A stretch of 64,000 nt of DNA from Vitrella brassicaformis CCMP3155 (GCA_001179505.1 CDMY01000286.1:70346-134345), one strand, 5' to 3'; positions 23,803-39,647 are shown, counted from the stretch's first letter. Notes: generated by a model from the letters alone, not told the origin. Numbers and translations are program-made.

Positions 23803-25815
23803 ATGACTAGCAGCTCATCCTCTGAAAACAATCAAACTTCGCCTTCGCGCTCATCCACCTGTTCGAGTGCGTCAGAAGCCGACAAGTCAATGGGTCCGCT
23901 CCGTGTGATATCGCCGCAACGCTTCGGCCTGTCCGTGGCCCTCGCCTTCCTCGCCGTGTTGCTATTCTGCCTCAACGGGGAGCTGCTCCAGTGGCTGCAG
24001 AGCCGGGGAGCTCAGCGAGTCAGTCCCATGCTCAACATCTGGCTGTGTCACGTCGGAGGCGTCCTCTTCGTTCCCTTCTACCTCTCGCTGTTCCGCGGCA
24101 GCAACAGTGACGAGCAACAAAATGACGACGGTCGTGAGATGGACGAGGAGATGACGGGCGTGTGGTTCCACACGAGACAGGATGACGGGAGGTGTACGCG
24201 GCGGGCGGGGAGGGGTGGTGTCGGCATGAGGAGTGTGCTGATCAGCCAGGAGCTCACTGGGAGGCGGTTGGTGGTGCTCAGTGTCGTGCTGTCTTTCGCC
24301 TTAATAGCGTACAACTATTGTTGGTCTCTGTCGGCTTACTTTGTCCCTGGTGAGTGCGTGAAACCGCTCGAATTCCATTATCTGGCTCACGTGCATGCCT
24401 GTGCTTCTCGTGTCGTTCAGTTAACGTGACGAATGCAGCGTTCCAGACATCCGTGGCATTCGTCTACTGCGCGTCGGTGGTCTTTCTGCGGTCGGCACTC
24501 ACGACGCCCAAAGTGCTGGCCGTCATCGGCGCGCTGGCTGGAGCATACCTCGCATCGGTGAGATGAGACCAGCAGGCCGATGTGTCGATCCCCTCTTTGT
24601 CCAGACCGTGGCTTTGTCCTGTTTTTGGTGTTGCTCAGTCTCCCAATGGCAGTGTGTTGTGGGTGGAGGGGCACGAGGGGCAGGGCGCCAAGGGTGTGAC
24701 ACTGGGCGTCTTCATTGGCCTCACGTCGGCGTTCCTCAACGCTGTCTATCAAGTGGGAGCGAAAAGACGGGCACATGTTGCATTATTCTCATGTTTCTCA
24801 TGGGCTGTTGGCTAATGTGTAGGTTGGGTTCAAGAAGACGTTCAGGAACCCCGACATGCACTTCATGGGCTTGTATGGGATACTGGTTGCCCTCGCGCAT
24901 ATCGTGTTCATCCTGCCTGTGGTGGCACTCTTCCACTTTGCCGGATGGTCAGTCAGCACACACGCAATGACATGACGCCATGCAGCTCTTATTGTCGTTT
25001 GCTCTTCGTGTCATTGGTGTGTTGATGTGCAGGGAGCGCATAGAGTTTCCCACGGAGCCGTCGATGGTCGTCGGTGTGGTTGTGAGTGCGGCGGTGGCAT
25101 TCGGTGTCAACTGCCTCAGCGTGGTCGTCATCGCACTCCACTCACCCCTGCTACTCACATGCGGTAAGCCAACCAAATGCATGGGTACACGACAAATTGA
25201 CCTTTTTCTCAATGCTGTGTGAATGCAGCTTTCGCGCTGGCCATCCCGATCAGCCTGTTGCTAGACCTGTCGCTGCACTCCTCCCTCACACACATCTCCC
25301 CGACAGCTATCATTGGCGACCTCATGATTGTCGTCGCATTCCTCATTCTCTCGGGAGTCACTGACCACCCAGCCGTCTCGCTTTCGTCAATACGGGACAT
25401 CTGTGTGGTGTCTGTGAGCCGGATTGTGAGGATGGCCACCAGAAGAGGGAAGGGGCCGCATGTGGATGATGATGACGGCGAGAATGCGGAGACAGCGGCA
25501 CGGAAGCGGGGATCGTCTTTCGCCTATATGCCACTGGTGAGCAAGAGTCAAAATTGCCAGGAGTGCACAAACATAGAATACCATGTTTTGTCTGTGTGAT
25601 TGTCAGCCTTTGGACACAGTAGTGGATCTATCGGTGGACTCACAAGACAACACACCATCAGCGCCGACAGTGTCGCCGGCAGCCTCATCATCGTCAGGAG
25701 GCAGCTCATCGTCGACACTAGGGCTGGGCTTCGAACCACGCAGCGCGGCATCGAGACAGCAGGGTGGCGATACGGGATTGGGAGGGAGGGGGAGGCAGGC
25801 GCAGTGAGTGAATGA
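23803..25815 (+). CDS. Drug/metabolite (EamA/SLC35F-like) transporter, multi-exon
   Basis: About 10 TM segments across ORFs 23803, 24354, 24582, 24980, 25219 and 25600. Motifs include YNYCWSLSAYFV..VNVTNAAFQTSVAFVY, PKVLAVIGALAGAYL and LAIPISLLLD. Confidence 0.75.
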
Positions 25816-26527
25816 AGTGGGCCAAGCGAAGCTTGAAGCCCTCAAGATTTCCTCGGTCGGTATATGTATTTGTCAATCATCATGTCGACAGACAGACAAG
25901 ACATTGACACACTGGTAGATAGACAGCGAGCTCATCGCTGCTGGTGTACAGGCTGTGAGATCGTGAAGGCTGCTGTGAGAGGTTTTTCCCTTTTGTGGAT
26001 ACACACGCAGCCAGCGGCATCAATGATCGGTTGGTCCATGCATACGTGGGGGCGTGAGCCTCTTGCTGTTGTTGGTCCAGCTGCCTGATGCCACGACGTT
26101 ACAAGGAAGGGCACAAAGAGTGCGCCTTCTTTGATAGAGACATTGACATTCCATTGTGTGCGCTGCACATACATGTGCTGATGCGTTTTTTGGGGTCAAG
26201 TTGGAACCACGCGTGTTTCGTGTGCGCATGTGTCTGTGGATGCTTGTATGTGTGTGTGGTGTTTTTATCCCTCTGTGTGTGTGGGACCGATGCCGGACGG
26301 TGGCGAATGAATCATATCTCATGTATCTGAAACGACACACGACCAAGACGACGGCAGTCATTTCCTAGCGAACAAGTGGGACACACAGAGCCGTACGTAC
26401 ACACATACACCGTTATATCGACAGCAAACCCACAACCCCAAAAAACTGAAGAAGCGACAAGAGTGTGTCCATTCAGACTATCAAGCGAGCAGACACCGAA
26501 CAAGAGATCGCCTGCGATGGGTGTCAG

Positions 26528-29496
26528 TCAGTAGGGCCGCATAGATTGGGCAAGCGCTGCATATTGCTCCCATTCGTCCTTCATGACCTTGTACCGCCGC
26601 ACGAGGGCCTGGATGTCCTCCTTTTTCTCCGCCTCACCCTCACGCAGCCTATCAGCACAGAGACGCACCGGGAGCGAGGGAGGGAGATGTGGTCGGTGTG
26701 TGTGACGTCTCGTCTCTTGCTTTGTGTGAGTGGGTGACGACTTACTTTGGGAAGGCGACACCGACCAGCCACTGATGGATGGATGGGTACAGAGAGAGGG
26801 AGAGGGAGGCATAGCGGATGGATGGATGAGTGGATGCCAGTGTGGCTTGTCTGTCGGTTCTGTCTGTTCACCTGCAGGCCGTTGAGGTGCTGCTTCCACA
26901 TTGTATAGTTGCGCGAGTAGAGGAAATCTGCCACACACGCACCCATGCACACCCACCCACCCACACACACACACACGGGAACACACAACATAGAAAGGAG
27001 GCCATAACTATATGCCGTGCTCTTTCCATCCCCCTTGTGTGTGTGTGTGTCACACGTACCGGCGAACCACTCCCCGAGTGCGTGTTTGTCCGCCGTTGTG
27101 ACCTCGGCCTTGGCCGTGTTGATGCGCAAGAGCGACTTCATCTCCTCCTCCCGACTCGCAAGCAGCTGTGTGTATCAACCCAGCCATCCATCAACACACC
27201 CACGTGTGTGTGTGGTGCAGTGTGGCGGGATGTATGTGTGTGTGAGCGAAATGAAATGACTGACGTACTGACCTTTTTCTTCTTCTCTTCGAGAGTTCTG
27301 CTGAGGAAGAAGGCAACCCAGACGATGAGCGCCACGGCCCCAATAGCGCCGCTGAAGTACCATGACCAAGCCTTGTTATACTCATACACAAACCCTGCGT
27401 GGATCGGCACGACACCGCACACACATACATACATTGGTGTGGCCGATGGGTGTGGGTCTGTGTCCATGCCTACCCAGGATAATGGGAAAGACGACTCGGC
27501 TGAAGGACGTAAGCACACGACAAACACGCACGCATAGCCGACATAATATGGATCGTTTGCATGCGCCTGCTCACCTTGCGGCCTGGGAGCTCTGTCCTGA
27601 CACACACATAGCATCCATCCATCCATCCATGTAGATCCATCCATCATGTGCACACAACACACGAGCCAGCGGTCATATTTCACCCACCGATGGAGATGAC
27701 AGTGGCCGTGTTGCCCGATGTGGCGAAGTAGGCCAAGATGGAAGGAATACTAGGCGTTACCATGCTGTTGCCCATCACGTTGACCCCAAGAATGAGGAGA
27801 AAGAGCCAGAGAGTGTCCGCCAGGGGGGCTACCACCAAGGCCACCAGCATGATGCTCTCGCCTATGATGGCCGTCCGCTCCAGACCCACCCACTTGCGAG
27901 TGAGGTCGAAGATGATCAGCTGAGTGAATGGATGAGCACACACGCACATTTGCTTGCGTCAAATGTCTGTCTTTTTTCCATTGTGTGTGTGTTCATATGA
28001 ACGCCCTGTCTGCCCACCTGTGAAATGATGAAGATGACCGCAACACCGCTTAAAATGAACCCCAGATCAAGCGGATCCACACCGAACTACAGCCACACAC
28101 GCATACACACACACACACGCACACACACAGAGAGAGAGAGAGAGATGGGAGGGCCGGTGACAACGGCTCATATGGCCTCCGTACCTCCTCGCTAAGGTAC
28201 AGTCCCAGCGTGGTCTGGACCACCGAGAAGGCTCCGCCATGGAGGAAGGACGCCGCGCCGATGAGCGTCAGCGAGATGGCCTTCTTGCGCTTGGCGGCCT
28301 TCTCGTCCTCCTCTTCCTCCTCCTTTTCTGTCGGCTCTTTGTCTTCCGTCTCGCCCATCTCCATTCGGACCAGCTTGGCCTCCCTGTGGTACATGTCACT
28401 CGGCGACTCCATCACCTCCATTGTCACCTGCCTGCCGTCCACGCCCTCCCCTTCCCCTTCCCCGTCCGCCGCGTCCTTACTGTCGCTCTTACTGTCGCTC
28501 TCGTTTTCTCGTTCTCTCTTCAGCGGCTTGGTCTCCTCATAATGGCTGTGCTGGGTGTCTGGCGGGCACTCGGATCTCTTGCTGGTCTGCCGGCACACGA
28601 TCTCGCCGTGGTCGACCACCATCATAGGCAGGTCCTCTTCCTCCTCTTCTCGGACGATCTCTCTCTGTAAGGATGAGTCGGGCGGAGGGGTGAGGGACTG
28701 GGCTCTTGCGCGCGGCTTGTGGGCGGCATCGCGCTGCTCGCGAAAGAAACCGAGCGTCAGGAGCGTGTTGCCGGCGGCCACGCCCGCCGCGACGAAAAAA
28801 GGCATATAATACGAATAGACCGTCAGGCCTCCTGCGATGGCCGGTCCAAACAGCAAGGCAGCCGAGATCATTGAGCCCGTGATGGCCAGGTAGCGGGGGC
28901 GCTGCTCGGCTGTCGTCACGCTAACAATGTAGCCCTGCATGCGGCGGAGGGATCGCACCTTTTGCTCACAGAATCAATCAATCGTCACACGTACCTGTGC
29001 CACAGGCGCACTGCCGGCGAACAGCCCCGTCAGGGCACGCCAAAGGAGGAGGTCGTACTCATTGCGCGAGAAGCCACTCGCGAAGTTGCCTGCACACAGT
29101 GACACAGGTGAACGGGTCAAGAGCATCCCCACTCCCATCTGCTGCATGTACGTGTGTGGAGTAGTACCTCCGACGCTCCCGACGAGCGAGATGATGAGCC
29201 CCAGTTTGGTTGACCGGAAGAAGTCGGTGATGCGTGCGAGGGCGATATTGCTGATGAGCTGGGACGCCGAGTAGGCCGCCGTGAGGATGCCGATCCAGCT
29301 GTCGTCAGCTTCGTACTCGATAATGAGGTACGGGAGGATAGGGATCACGAGCGTGGCGGCCATCATATCGATAAACACGGTCACATAGACCAGGATCAGA
29401 CTCCGCAGCCTGCAGGAAGCAACCAATTGATGAATAGACACGTTCGATGCACCTCGGCGATGAGTGTGTTCGTTGCCCTCACGTTGCTGCGTCCAT
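26528..29496 (-). CDS. MFS transporter (MFS_1, TetA/MFSD10-like) with acidic central loop and C-terminal soluble extension
   Basis: Spliced start MDAAT|LRSLILVYVTVFIDMMAATLVIPILP. Motif-A-like ARITDFFRSTK, WRALTGLFAG and motif-C-like LLFGPAIAG. Second half includes NSMVTPSIPSILA; about 10 exons. Confidence 0.85.
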
Positions 29497-29759
29497 CTTG
29501 TCACTGACAACCGTCATGTTCCCTCTTTTCTCTTCGTATGTGTATCAATTGATTCGCTTGTCTTTCACTGCGCTGAACATGCAAGCTTTCCGTAGATCGC
29601 GCACCAAAAGTCCGGCGCAGCACGCAGTGTTCGATGCCATTTGTATGCCACACACACTGTTCACATACTGATACACACTTCTACTGACGGAAAGACCAAC
29701 TCAAAAACCTCATACACTCACTTGTCCGCGGCCAGCTACTGACAGTTGCTGGCCGCTGG

Positions 29760-31013
29760 CTAACTACGCTGGATACCTGCAGCTGACGCCCCTACTTCTT
29801 GCTTCTGGCACGATCTCTCCCCCTCCCAATCTCGGATGAGCGCCCGCAGATTGAGAGGGACGTTGAGGGTGCCCGCATGGCCGCCCCCGCGCACACTGTG
29901 AAGACGATTTGACGGGTTCGGCAGGACCTTCAGCAGCCGCTCGCCCTCCTCACGTGAGGGCAGCAGTCGGTCTCCCTCGCCGGCCACGATGAGCACCGGG
30001 GCGTGGACGTGCGGCAGGATGGGCTCGGCCATGGTGGCGCCCTCCCGCAGCCACTCTCTCAGCCGCCATCGAAAAGTGTCGGGCGGCAGCGGCACCGTTA
30101 AGATGCGGATGACAATAGGCACAGCCTTGCGAAGGAACGACATGTGCGCTGGGGTCGTCCTGACACACAAAACGATACCCAGCATCATGCATGACGCATC
30201 CAGATCGATCCATCCGCACCTTTCTTGCAGCTCCATCATTTCCTTCCTCGGCTGTCCCTTGAGCCACCTCGGGATGCGCTTGGCCTTCATCAGGGCGTCC
30301 TGCACCAGATCTCTCGCAAGCGTCACATCGACAGACGAGAACACCAGCGGCAGCAGAGCCACACCGAACAGAAACGACGGCACTCGGTCGAGGAAGGCCT
30401 GGTAGTTGCGCCACCACGACCGCAGGAAAGACGTCGCCGGGTTCACGATGATCACCCCTCTCAGCTCCCCCGGGAAGTCTTTCGGCGCCTTCTCGATCTC
30501 GTGCGCCACGAGCAGCGCCACAACAGCCCCGAAGCTCTCGCCAAGCAAATAGAAGGGGCGAGGAGGTGACTGGTGCAGATGGGAGAGCGTCGCCTGCACC
30601 AGCTCTTGCACCGTGCTGCGGTCGTTGGCAGTGATAGAGAGGCATGTGAGGTCGAATTCTTCAGAGAGGAAGGGGAACTGTGTGAATGCGGAGAAGCCGG
30701 TGCCGTCCATGCCGGGCAGGTAGAGCATCAGAGGGCTGTTTGCAGTGTCGGGGTTGAGCGCCTGCACGGCATCTTCCTGCTTCAGCTCCTCATAGGGATT
30801 GATGAATCGATAAGAGGGGCTCTCCTTCTGGTGAGCCGCGGGAGTCTTGGCCTTGACGAGCGATGATCTCCTCCGGAAGGCGCGGGCCTGGGAGCGCCTG
30901 CCGATGGATGAAGGAGAAGGCGTGAAGGCGGGGAGGTGATGGATGACAGGCCAACTGCTGATTACGTCACACGTTGTGGCCCGCAGCATCACGGACATAA
31001 GCGCCGGCAGCAT
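29760..31013 (-). CDS. Alpha/beta hydrolase of the PES/ELT (phytyl-ester-synthase N-terminal) type, possibly plastid-targeted
   Basis: LMLYLPGMDGTG, nucleophile elbow LLGESFG, VNPATSF, LIVAGEGDRLLPS and GGGHAG. The N-terminus has an AFTPS..Ser/Arg-rich transit-like stretch; one probable in-frame intron near 30165-30222. Confidence 0.75.
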   Translation of the reverse strand: MLPALMSVMLRATTCDVISSWPVIHHLPAFTPSPSSIGRRSQARAFRRRSSLVKAKTPAAHQKESPSYRFINPYEELKQEDAVQALNPDTANSPLMLYLPGMDGTGFSAFTQFPFLSEEFDLTCLSITANDRSTVQELVQATLSHLHQSPPRPFYLLGESFGAVVALLVAHEIEKAPKDFPGELRGVIIVNPATSFLRSWWRNYQAFLDRVPSFLFGVALLPLVFSSVDVTLARDLVQDALMKAKRIPRWLKGQPRKEMMELQERCGWIDLDASCMMLGIVLCVRTTPAHMSFLRKAVPIVIRILTVPLPPDTFRWRLREWLREGATMAEPILPHVHAPVLIVAGEGDRLLPSREEGERLLKVLPNPSNRLHSVRGGGHAGTLNVPLNLRALIRDWEGERSCQKQEVGASAAGIQRS

Positions 31014-31172
31014 CTTGACAGCGAACCCCGGGGTTTTCTGCGAGCTTGAAGCCAAGGAGAAGAGACCCTTGAAAAGGACAGCATCATCCCATGAATCACT
31101 GCGGCAATGCACATGTTTGATCGGACCTGATCTGTCCACTCATCATCGTCATCGTTGCTGAAATTGTTGCTG

Positions 31173-32066
31173 ATGGCTCCTCGCGTGCCTGACGCCTCAG
31201 CGGATGTGGCCATCGACGTGCAGGCAGCCGCAGGTTGGACCCATCCCACCCCGCAGCCGCTCCCCGCCTGGCCTGCAACAAACTCACCCACCCCATTGCC
31301 CGCTCTCCCGCCCCCGTTGCCGCAGATTGCCCAGCCGCCCAATGGAATGCTGAGTGTGCCGGCTGTTGTCCCATGGTGGCCAGAGATCCCGAGGGTGGTC
31401 AAGGTCATGCACCAAACGTACCAAACTCTTACATGTCCAGCCCCTGTTCAGTGTTTGTCTGGGTTGTGTGTTCTGACTGTTGACTTGCAGCTGCTGAGTT
31501 GGAGCTTTTGGGCGTTCGTCTTGTCGCACCTCGTCTTTCTCTTGCTCATGCCTCAAGTGCTGGACTGGGTGCCCCGCTCCCCTCTGCCGATGCTCCTCTG
31601 GTCTATTGCGGGGTTGGGTGTGTTGGTCGCTTGCTCGAGGTCCTTCTACAATCGCATGTCAGAGATCGCCCCCCTCCACGGCGGCGACTTCACTCCCAAG
31701 CGGACTCGACTCGTGTTGATGGTTACCCATGGCCTCGTGATGCTGCTGATGGCGGCTGTCTTGCTGTCTCTGGTTTTCGGCGGAGAAGCGCTTAGGTTGC
31801 CGGCCGAGAGGGAGGACACTTGGGCGTCTAGATTCGACTTCGTGGAGGTTTGTCTGGTGGTGACCGTGGTGGTTCTCATGAGGACGACTAAGACAATCGC
31901 GCTGCGGCGCCCTTGGTCGCCGTCTATCGCGATTCCTAGGGCTATGTTGACAGTGAGTTGCGACTTTGCTGGAAGTATCGTGGTGGTGACGGTCGCACGC
32001 ATGGCCACGGATGTGTTGCTATCCACCTTTGGGGAGGTTGCTTCCCGCGCCACCAAGGAAGGATGA
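31173..32066 (+). CDS. Multi-pass membrane protein of unknown family, tandem copy 1
   Basis: Pro-rich N-terminus, an in-frame intron, about 6 hydrophobic segments and LHGGDFTPKRTRLV shared with copy 2. Confidence 0.7.
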   Translation: MAPRVPDASADVAIDVQAAAGWTHPTPQPLPAWPATNSPTPLPALPPPLPQIAQPPNGMLSVPAVVPWWPEIPRVVKVMHQTYQTLTCPAPVQCLSGLCVLTVDLQLLSWSFWAFVLSHLVFLLLMPQVLDWVPRSPLPMLLWSIAGLGVLVACSRSFYNRMSEIAPLHGGDFTPKRTRLVLMVTHGLVMLLMAAVLLSLVFGGEALRLPAEREDTWASRFDFVEVCLVVTVVVLMRTTKTIALRRPWSPSIAIPRAMLTVSCDFAGSIVVVTVARMATDVLLSTFGEVASRATKEG

Positions 32067-32501
32067 GTGCTGACGGACGAGAGATTGAGTAGCGTAATAG
32101 CAGGGGGGAGGGGAGGGAAGGTGCCGTGTGTGGATGTGTGTTGGCGGTTTGGTGATTTGGTCTATGAGCGCTTTTGTGGACGGATGTGTGTATCTCTTAT
32201 CTCTTTCTCGGTACATTTGTCCACTGCCATCAATGAGTGAGAGAGACATGGACAGGGTGGGTGTGTCTCCGTGTCCTCCCACTGAATGCATCTCCTTACG
32301 CACACAACTACAATACAATACAATACAATACAAAGGCTCCCAACGCAAATATACGCCACAACCACCGGAGCGAGCGGAGGGAGTGCGGTGTGAAATGCGA
32401 GCTTACATGCGAGCTTAGGCCATTCTAAAGTGCCCCTTCCTCTGAGGCAACTGAGCTGTGCACATGTTTGATCTGATCTGATCTGTCCAGTGTCGTTGCC
32501 G

Positions 32502-33398
32502 ATGGTTCCTCCTGACACGTCAGACACCTCAGGGGATGTGGCCGTTGGCGTGCAGGCAGCCGCAGGATGGAGCCATCCCACCGCTCAGCCGCTCCCCGCC
32601 TGGCCTGCAACCTCTCCCACCCCATTGCCCGCTCTCCCGCCCCCCGTGCCGCAGATTGCCCCGCCGCCCGTGCAGAATGTGCCTGCTGCCGTTGTTGTCC
32701 AATCATGGCCAGAGATCCCGAGGGTGGGCAAGATCACGCGACAGAGGCTGCACGTGTGTATCCTTTCGTTCACTGTCCGGGCCTGTGTGTGTGTTTGTGT
32801 GCAGCTGCGGAGTTTGAGCTTTTGGGTGTTCGTCTTGTCGCACTTCGTCCTTTTCGTTCTCATGCCTCTCGTGCTGGACTGGGTGCCCCGCTCCCCGCTG
32901 CCGATGGTCTTCTGGTCTATCCTGTTGGTGGCCATCTTGGTCGCCTGCTCGAGGTCTTTCTTCAAGCGCATGTCAGAGGTCGCCTCCCTCCATGGCGGCG
33001 ACTTCACTCCCAAGCGGACTCGACTCGTCTCGATGGTTACCCATGGTCTCGTGATGCTGCTGCTGACTGCCTTCTCGCTGTACCTTAGTCTCGACGGAGA
33101 AGCGCTTAGGTTGCCGGCGGAGAAGACCGACACTGTAGGCGAGAGGACAGACACTGTATTGTCCACACGCGACCTGATGGAGGTTTGCCTGGTGGTCGTC
33201 ATGCTGGTTCTCATGCCAACTCTGAGGACGCTCATGGAGCAAGCCCCTTGGTCACGGCACCAAGCTCTCCAGAGAGCTGCGTTGACAGTGAGTTGCGACC
33301 TCACTGGGAGTATGGTGGCGTTGCTGGTTATGTTCATGGCCACGGGTGTGTTGCTATCCACCTTTGGGGAGGGTGCTTCCCGCGCCAAGGAAGGATGA
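32502..33398 (+). CDS. Multi-pass membrane protein of unknown family, tandem copy 2
   Basis: Paralogue of 31173 including upstream and downstream DNA; unit length about 1.33 kb. Confidence 0.7.
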   Translation: MVPPDTSDTSGDVAVGVQAAAGWSHPTAQPLPAWPATSPTPLPALPPPVPQIAPPPVQNVPAAVVVQSWPEIPRVGKITRQRLHVCILSFTVRACVCVCVQLRSLSFWVFVLSHFVLFVLMPLVLDWVPRSPLPMVFWSILLVAILVACSRSFFKRMSEVASLHGGDFTPKRTRLVSMVTHGLVMLLLTAFSLYLSLDGEALRLPAEKTDTVGERTDTVLSTRDLMEVCLVVVMLVLMPTLRTLMEQAPWSRHQALQRAALTVSCDLTGSMVALLVMFMATGVLLSTFGEGASRAKEG

Positions 33399-33739
33399 GT
33401 GATGACGGACGAGAGATTGAGTCGCGTAATAGGAGGGGAGGTGAGCTGGAGTGTGTGAGTGAGTGACTTTGTGCTGTGTCTCGGTGTGCGGCCAAAGTGT
33501 CGCTGGTGGTTTGGTGATTTGGGTGAGCGGTTGTGGGGACGTACGTGTGTGCGTATGCCTTGTGCATTTGTCGACTGCAGTGAGAGACATCGACAGTGTG
33601 TGTCTCTCAGTGTACTGCCATTGAATTGTCATGCGGTCACACAACTGCAATACAAAGGCTCCAAATGCCAGCATACCTCACAAGCCAAGAGCAACTATCA
33701 AGCCAGGTCCACACATGACACAAATAAATGCCCACTCAG

Positions 33740-37024
<3,285 letters not shown>

Positions 37025-37062
37025 CTTTGATGAATCACTGTGGTTTTCTTCCGAGGCGCTGC

Positions 37063-37088
37063 AGGGTAAGCAACCCCGAACCCTAAGG
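37063..37088. promoter_or_regulatory. AGGGTAAGCAACCC + AACCCTAA promoter module
   Basis: Same motif as 14591 and 44494, about 40 bp upstream of the monooxygenase ATG in a divergent intergenic space. Confidence 0.45.
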
Positions 37089-37292
37089 TCTCCCCCAGTC
37101 TGAGCTCGCGATTTGGTCTCGAAGAATCCAAAGGATTTGGCGAGGAAGGGTGCCTGCGAGAGGCGCCATGTTCGGATGAGACGTTATCGGTCATCTCCGG
37201 CTTAGATCTGCGGCGTTCAGCCTCTCTCTTCTTGCCGACCCATCTCCCACGCCCTCGACGATACCGATGCCATTCGCACGGCATGGACACCT

Positions 37293-38972
37293 TTGCGATC
37301 GAGATCCGACGTCATCGATGCGCTGGATCTGGCCACACCAACGGCAGAGAGGAGCGGCAGCGGCGATTGCTTGCTCCCTTCCAAACAGCCGCCGTCACAC
37401 CAAGTGAGTCTGCCCGTCGGTGACCAAGATCCCAGCCCCTCTTCGTGTGGGCATGTCGATGGCAAGGAGGCCGCCGCGCAGTTCTCTGGCAAGTACCTGG
37501 TGATGGACGTCGGCAGGAGGTTGTGGGGCAAGGACCGGCAAGTCAGGTTCTTTCTCCCTGACGTGCCCGCCAAGATGTGCTTCTACGCAACAGTGCTGTG
37601 TAAGTTTGTGGGAGGGCTCTTGCAGGCACAGAGACGATGCATCGTCGTCTTGTTTGGTGTGTTGGTGCATTCGTGCAGTGATTGCGGGATTGTGGATGGT
37701 GACGTTGGGAGCTCTCACATTCGTGCAGTGATTGCGGGATTGTGGATGGTGACGTTGGGAGCTCTCACAATCGTTCTTGTGCCTGACGCGAAATGGGCTG
37801 GAATCGTCGCAATGAGTGGCCTTGGTACGTAGACGGAGGGAGGAAACCAGAACGCGCAATGGTTTCTCTTCTCTATTTGCTCGTTTGGCGTGTGCAGTGG
37901 GCGACCCTCTGCTTGCTATCGTCAACTTGCGATATGCGTATGGGACTTACAGGAACCTGGTTGTGCAGTTCGCGGCGTGTACGTATGGCGTTATCACCAT
38001 GGCCGCCATCCTCCTCTACGCACGTACGCCAGCGGAGAATCTGACCAATGAAGCTGCCGTCCATCTGTCCACAGTCCTGGTTTCCTTCCGTATGTGTGTG
38101 TGCAGCGTTTGGCTATGCGGCATCACTGCTGGCCGTGCGTGTCGAGCTCGCAGTCTGCTCGCCATCCTTCGCCTTCATCGCCCAGCCACGACTGTTCACA
38201 AACGAGGATGTGCTCAAGAGGCTTAATGGTACCCATTGGCTGCCGGCCAGGTTCAGCTTGATGCCTGTCCCTCTTTCGGGCATGCTGACGGCCTCTGGGT
38301 ACACCTGGTCGGAGCACAACCCTCTCTGTGTGCTGGTGCGGAAGCTTGTGCCGTGGCTGAGGAAAATGGACGACTTGGAGTTTTGCCGAATGCTCAAGTA
38401 CATCACCTACCTGCTGACCTGTATCGACTTCATGTCCGACCTGGGTAAGTAAGTGGGCGACAAAAGTTTCTCGATCTTTCGATCTGTCTGTTTGCCTGTC
38501 TGTCTGTCTGTCTCTGTGTGTGTCTGTCGTGTGGTTGCTGCTCACCACCCAACGCCATGCAGCTGTGGGGATGGGTATGATTACCCATGGCGTGTTGTGG
38601 CCTGGCGTGTGCATCCTCATTCTCTGCCAAGTGGACAACCTCAGCGCCATCGTCTCATACGGCATCCGCACAAAGGCCACACTCCGGCAGCACGCATCTC
38701 TCTTCGCCGCATCGCTGTTCGAGGTGCCCATCCTGGCCCTGACCATCCTCTATGGAGCAAGGTCGACCGACACTCTGACGATCGTCATCTCCATCACGGC
38801 CACCTGCTGCACGGTGCTGACCAAGGAACTCGCCATGCTGAATGCGGTCATCATGCAGCGGGTGCGGGCGAAAGCAGCGGCGCTTGAGATGAAGCCGAGC
38901 ACCACACGACAGACCACCAGCACCGAGCGGCCGACTGAGCAGGACAGTGTGAGTTCTGCATACCCGGTATGA
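37293..38972 (+). CDS. Multi-pass membrane protein of unknown function (start uncertain)
   Basis: Hydrophobic exons LIAGLWMVTLGALTIVLV, GVITMAAILLY, ITYLLTCIDFMSDLG and LFAASLFEVPILALTILY..TIVISITATCCTVL. The D..SD and FE.P motifs are loosely XK-related-like. Confidence 0.6.
37669..37768 (+). repeat. Perfect 50-bp tandem duplication spanning a 3' splice site
   Basis: attcgtgcagtgattgcgggattgtggatggtgacgttgggagctctcac x2. Confidence 0.97.
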
Positions 38973-39279
38973 TTGAACCATTCATGGGTGGGGAACGAGT
39001 GAGAGTGTCTCAGAGCGTTTTAAAGGCAGTGGCTGCCATACATGTCATGGCTGCGTCTCGGCCTGACCTCGTGTGTGTATGTGAATGTGCCTGGGCCGCA
39101 CATGCACGGCTGTGCGGTGCATCTGTCCGTCTGTCTGAACTTGTGTCAGTTTTTGCCCACTGTGTTGGTCTTGTGTGTGGCTTGATGGATGGATGTCGAT
39201 GCGATCAAGGGAGCTTGTCTGTTGTGGAAACAGCGCATGAACAATCGCATGTGTCTGCACTGCTCAACCAATCGGAGGG

Positions 39280-39579
39280 NNNNNNNNNNNNNNNNNNNNN
39301 NNNNNNNNNNNNNNNNNNNNNNNNNNNNNNNNNNNNNNNNNNNNNNNNNNNNNNNNNNNNNNNNNNNNNNNNNNNNNNNNNNNNNNNNNNNNNNNNNNNN
39401 NNNNNNNNNNNNNNNNNNNNNNNNNNNNNNNNNNNNNNNNNNNNNNNNNNNNNNNNNNNNNNNNNNNNNNNNNNNNNNNNNNNNNNNNNNNNNNNNNNNN
39501 NNNNNNNNNNNNNNNNNNNNNNNNNNNNNNNNNNNNNNNNNNNNNNNNNNNNNNNNNNNNNNNNNNNNNNNNNNNNNNN
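39280..39579. other. Assembly gap (N run)
   Basis: Run of N. Confidence 0.99.
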
Positions 39580-39609
39580 AGACTCACCTGAGACATTGTG
39601 TCTTTTGTT

Positions 39610-39647
<38 letters not shown>

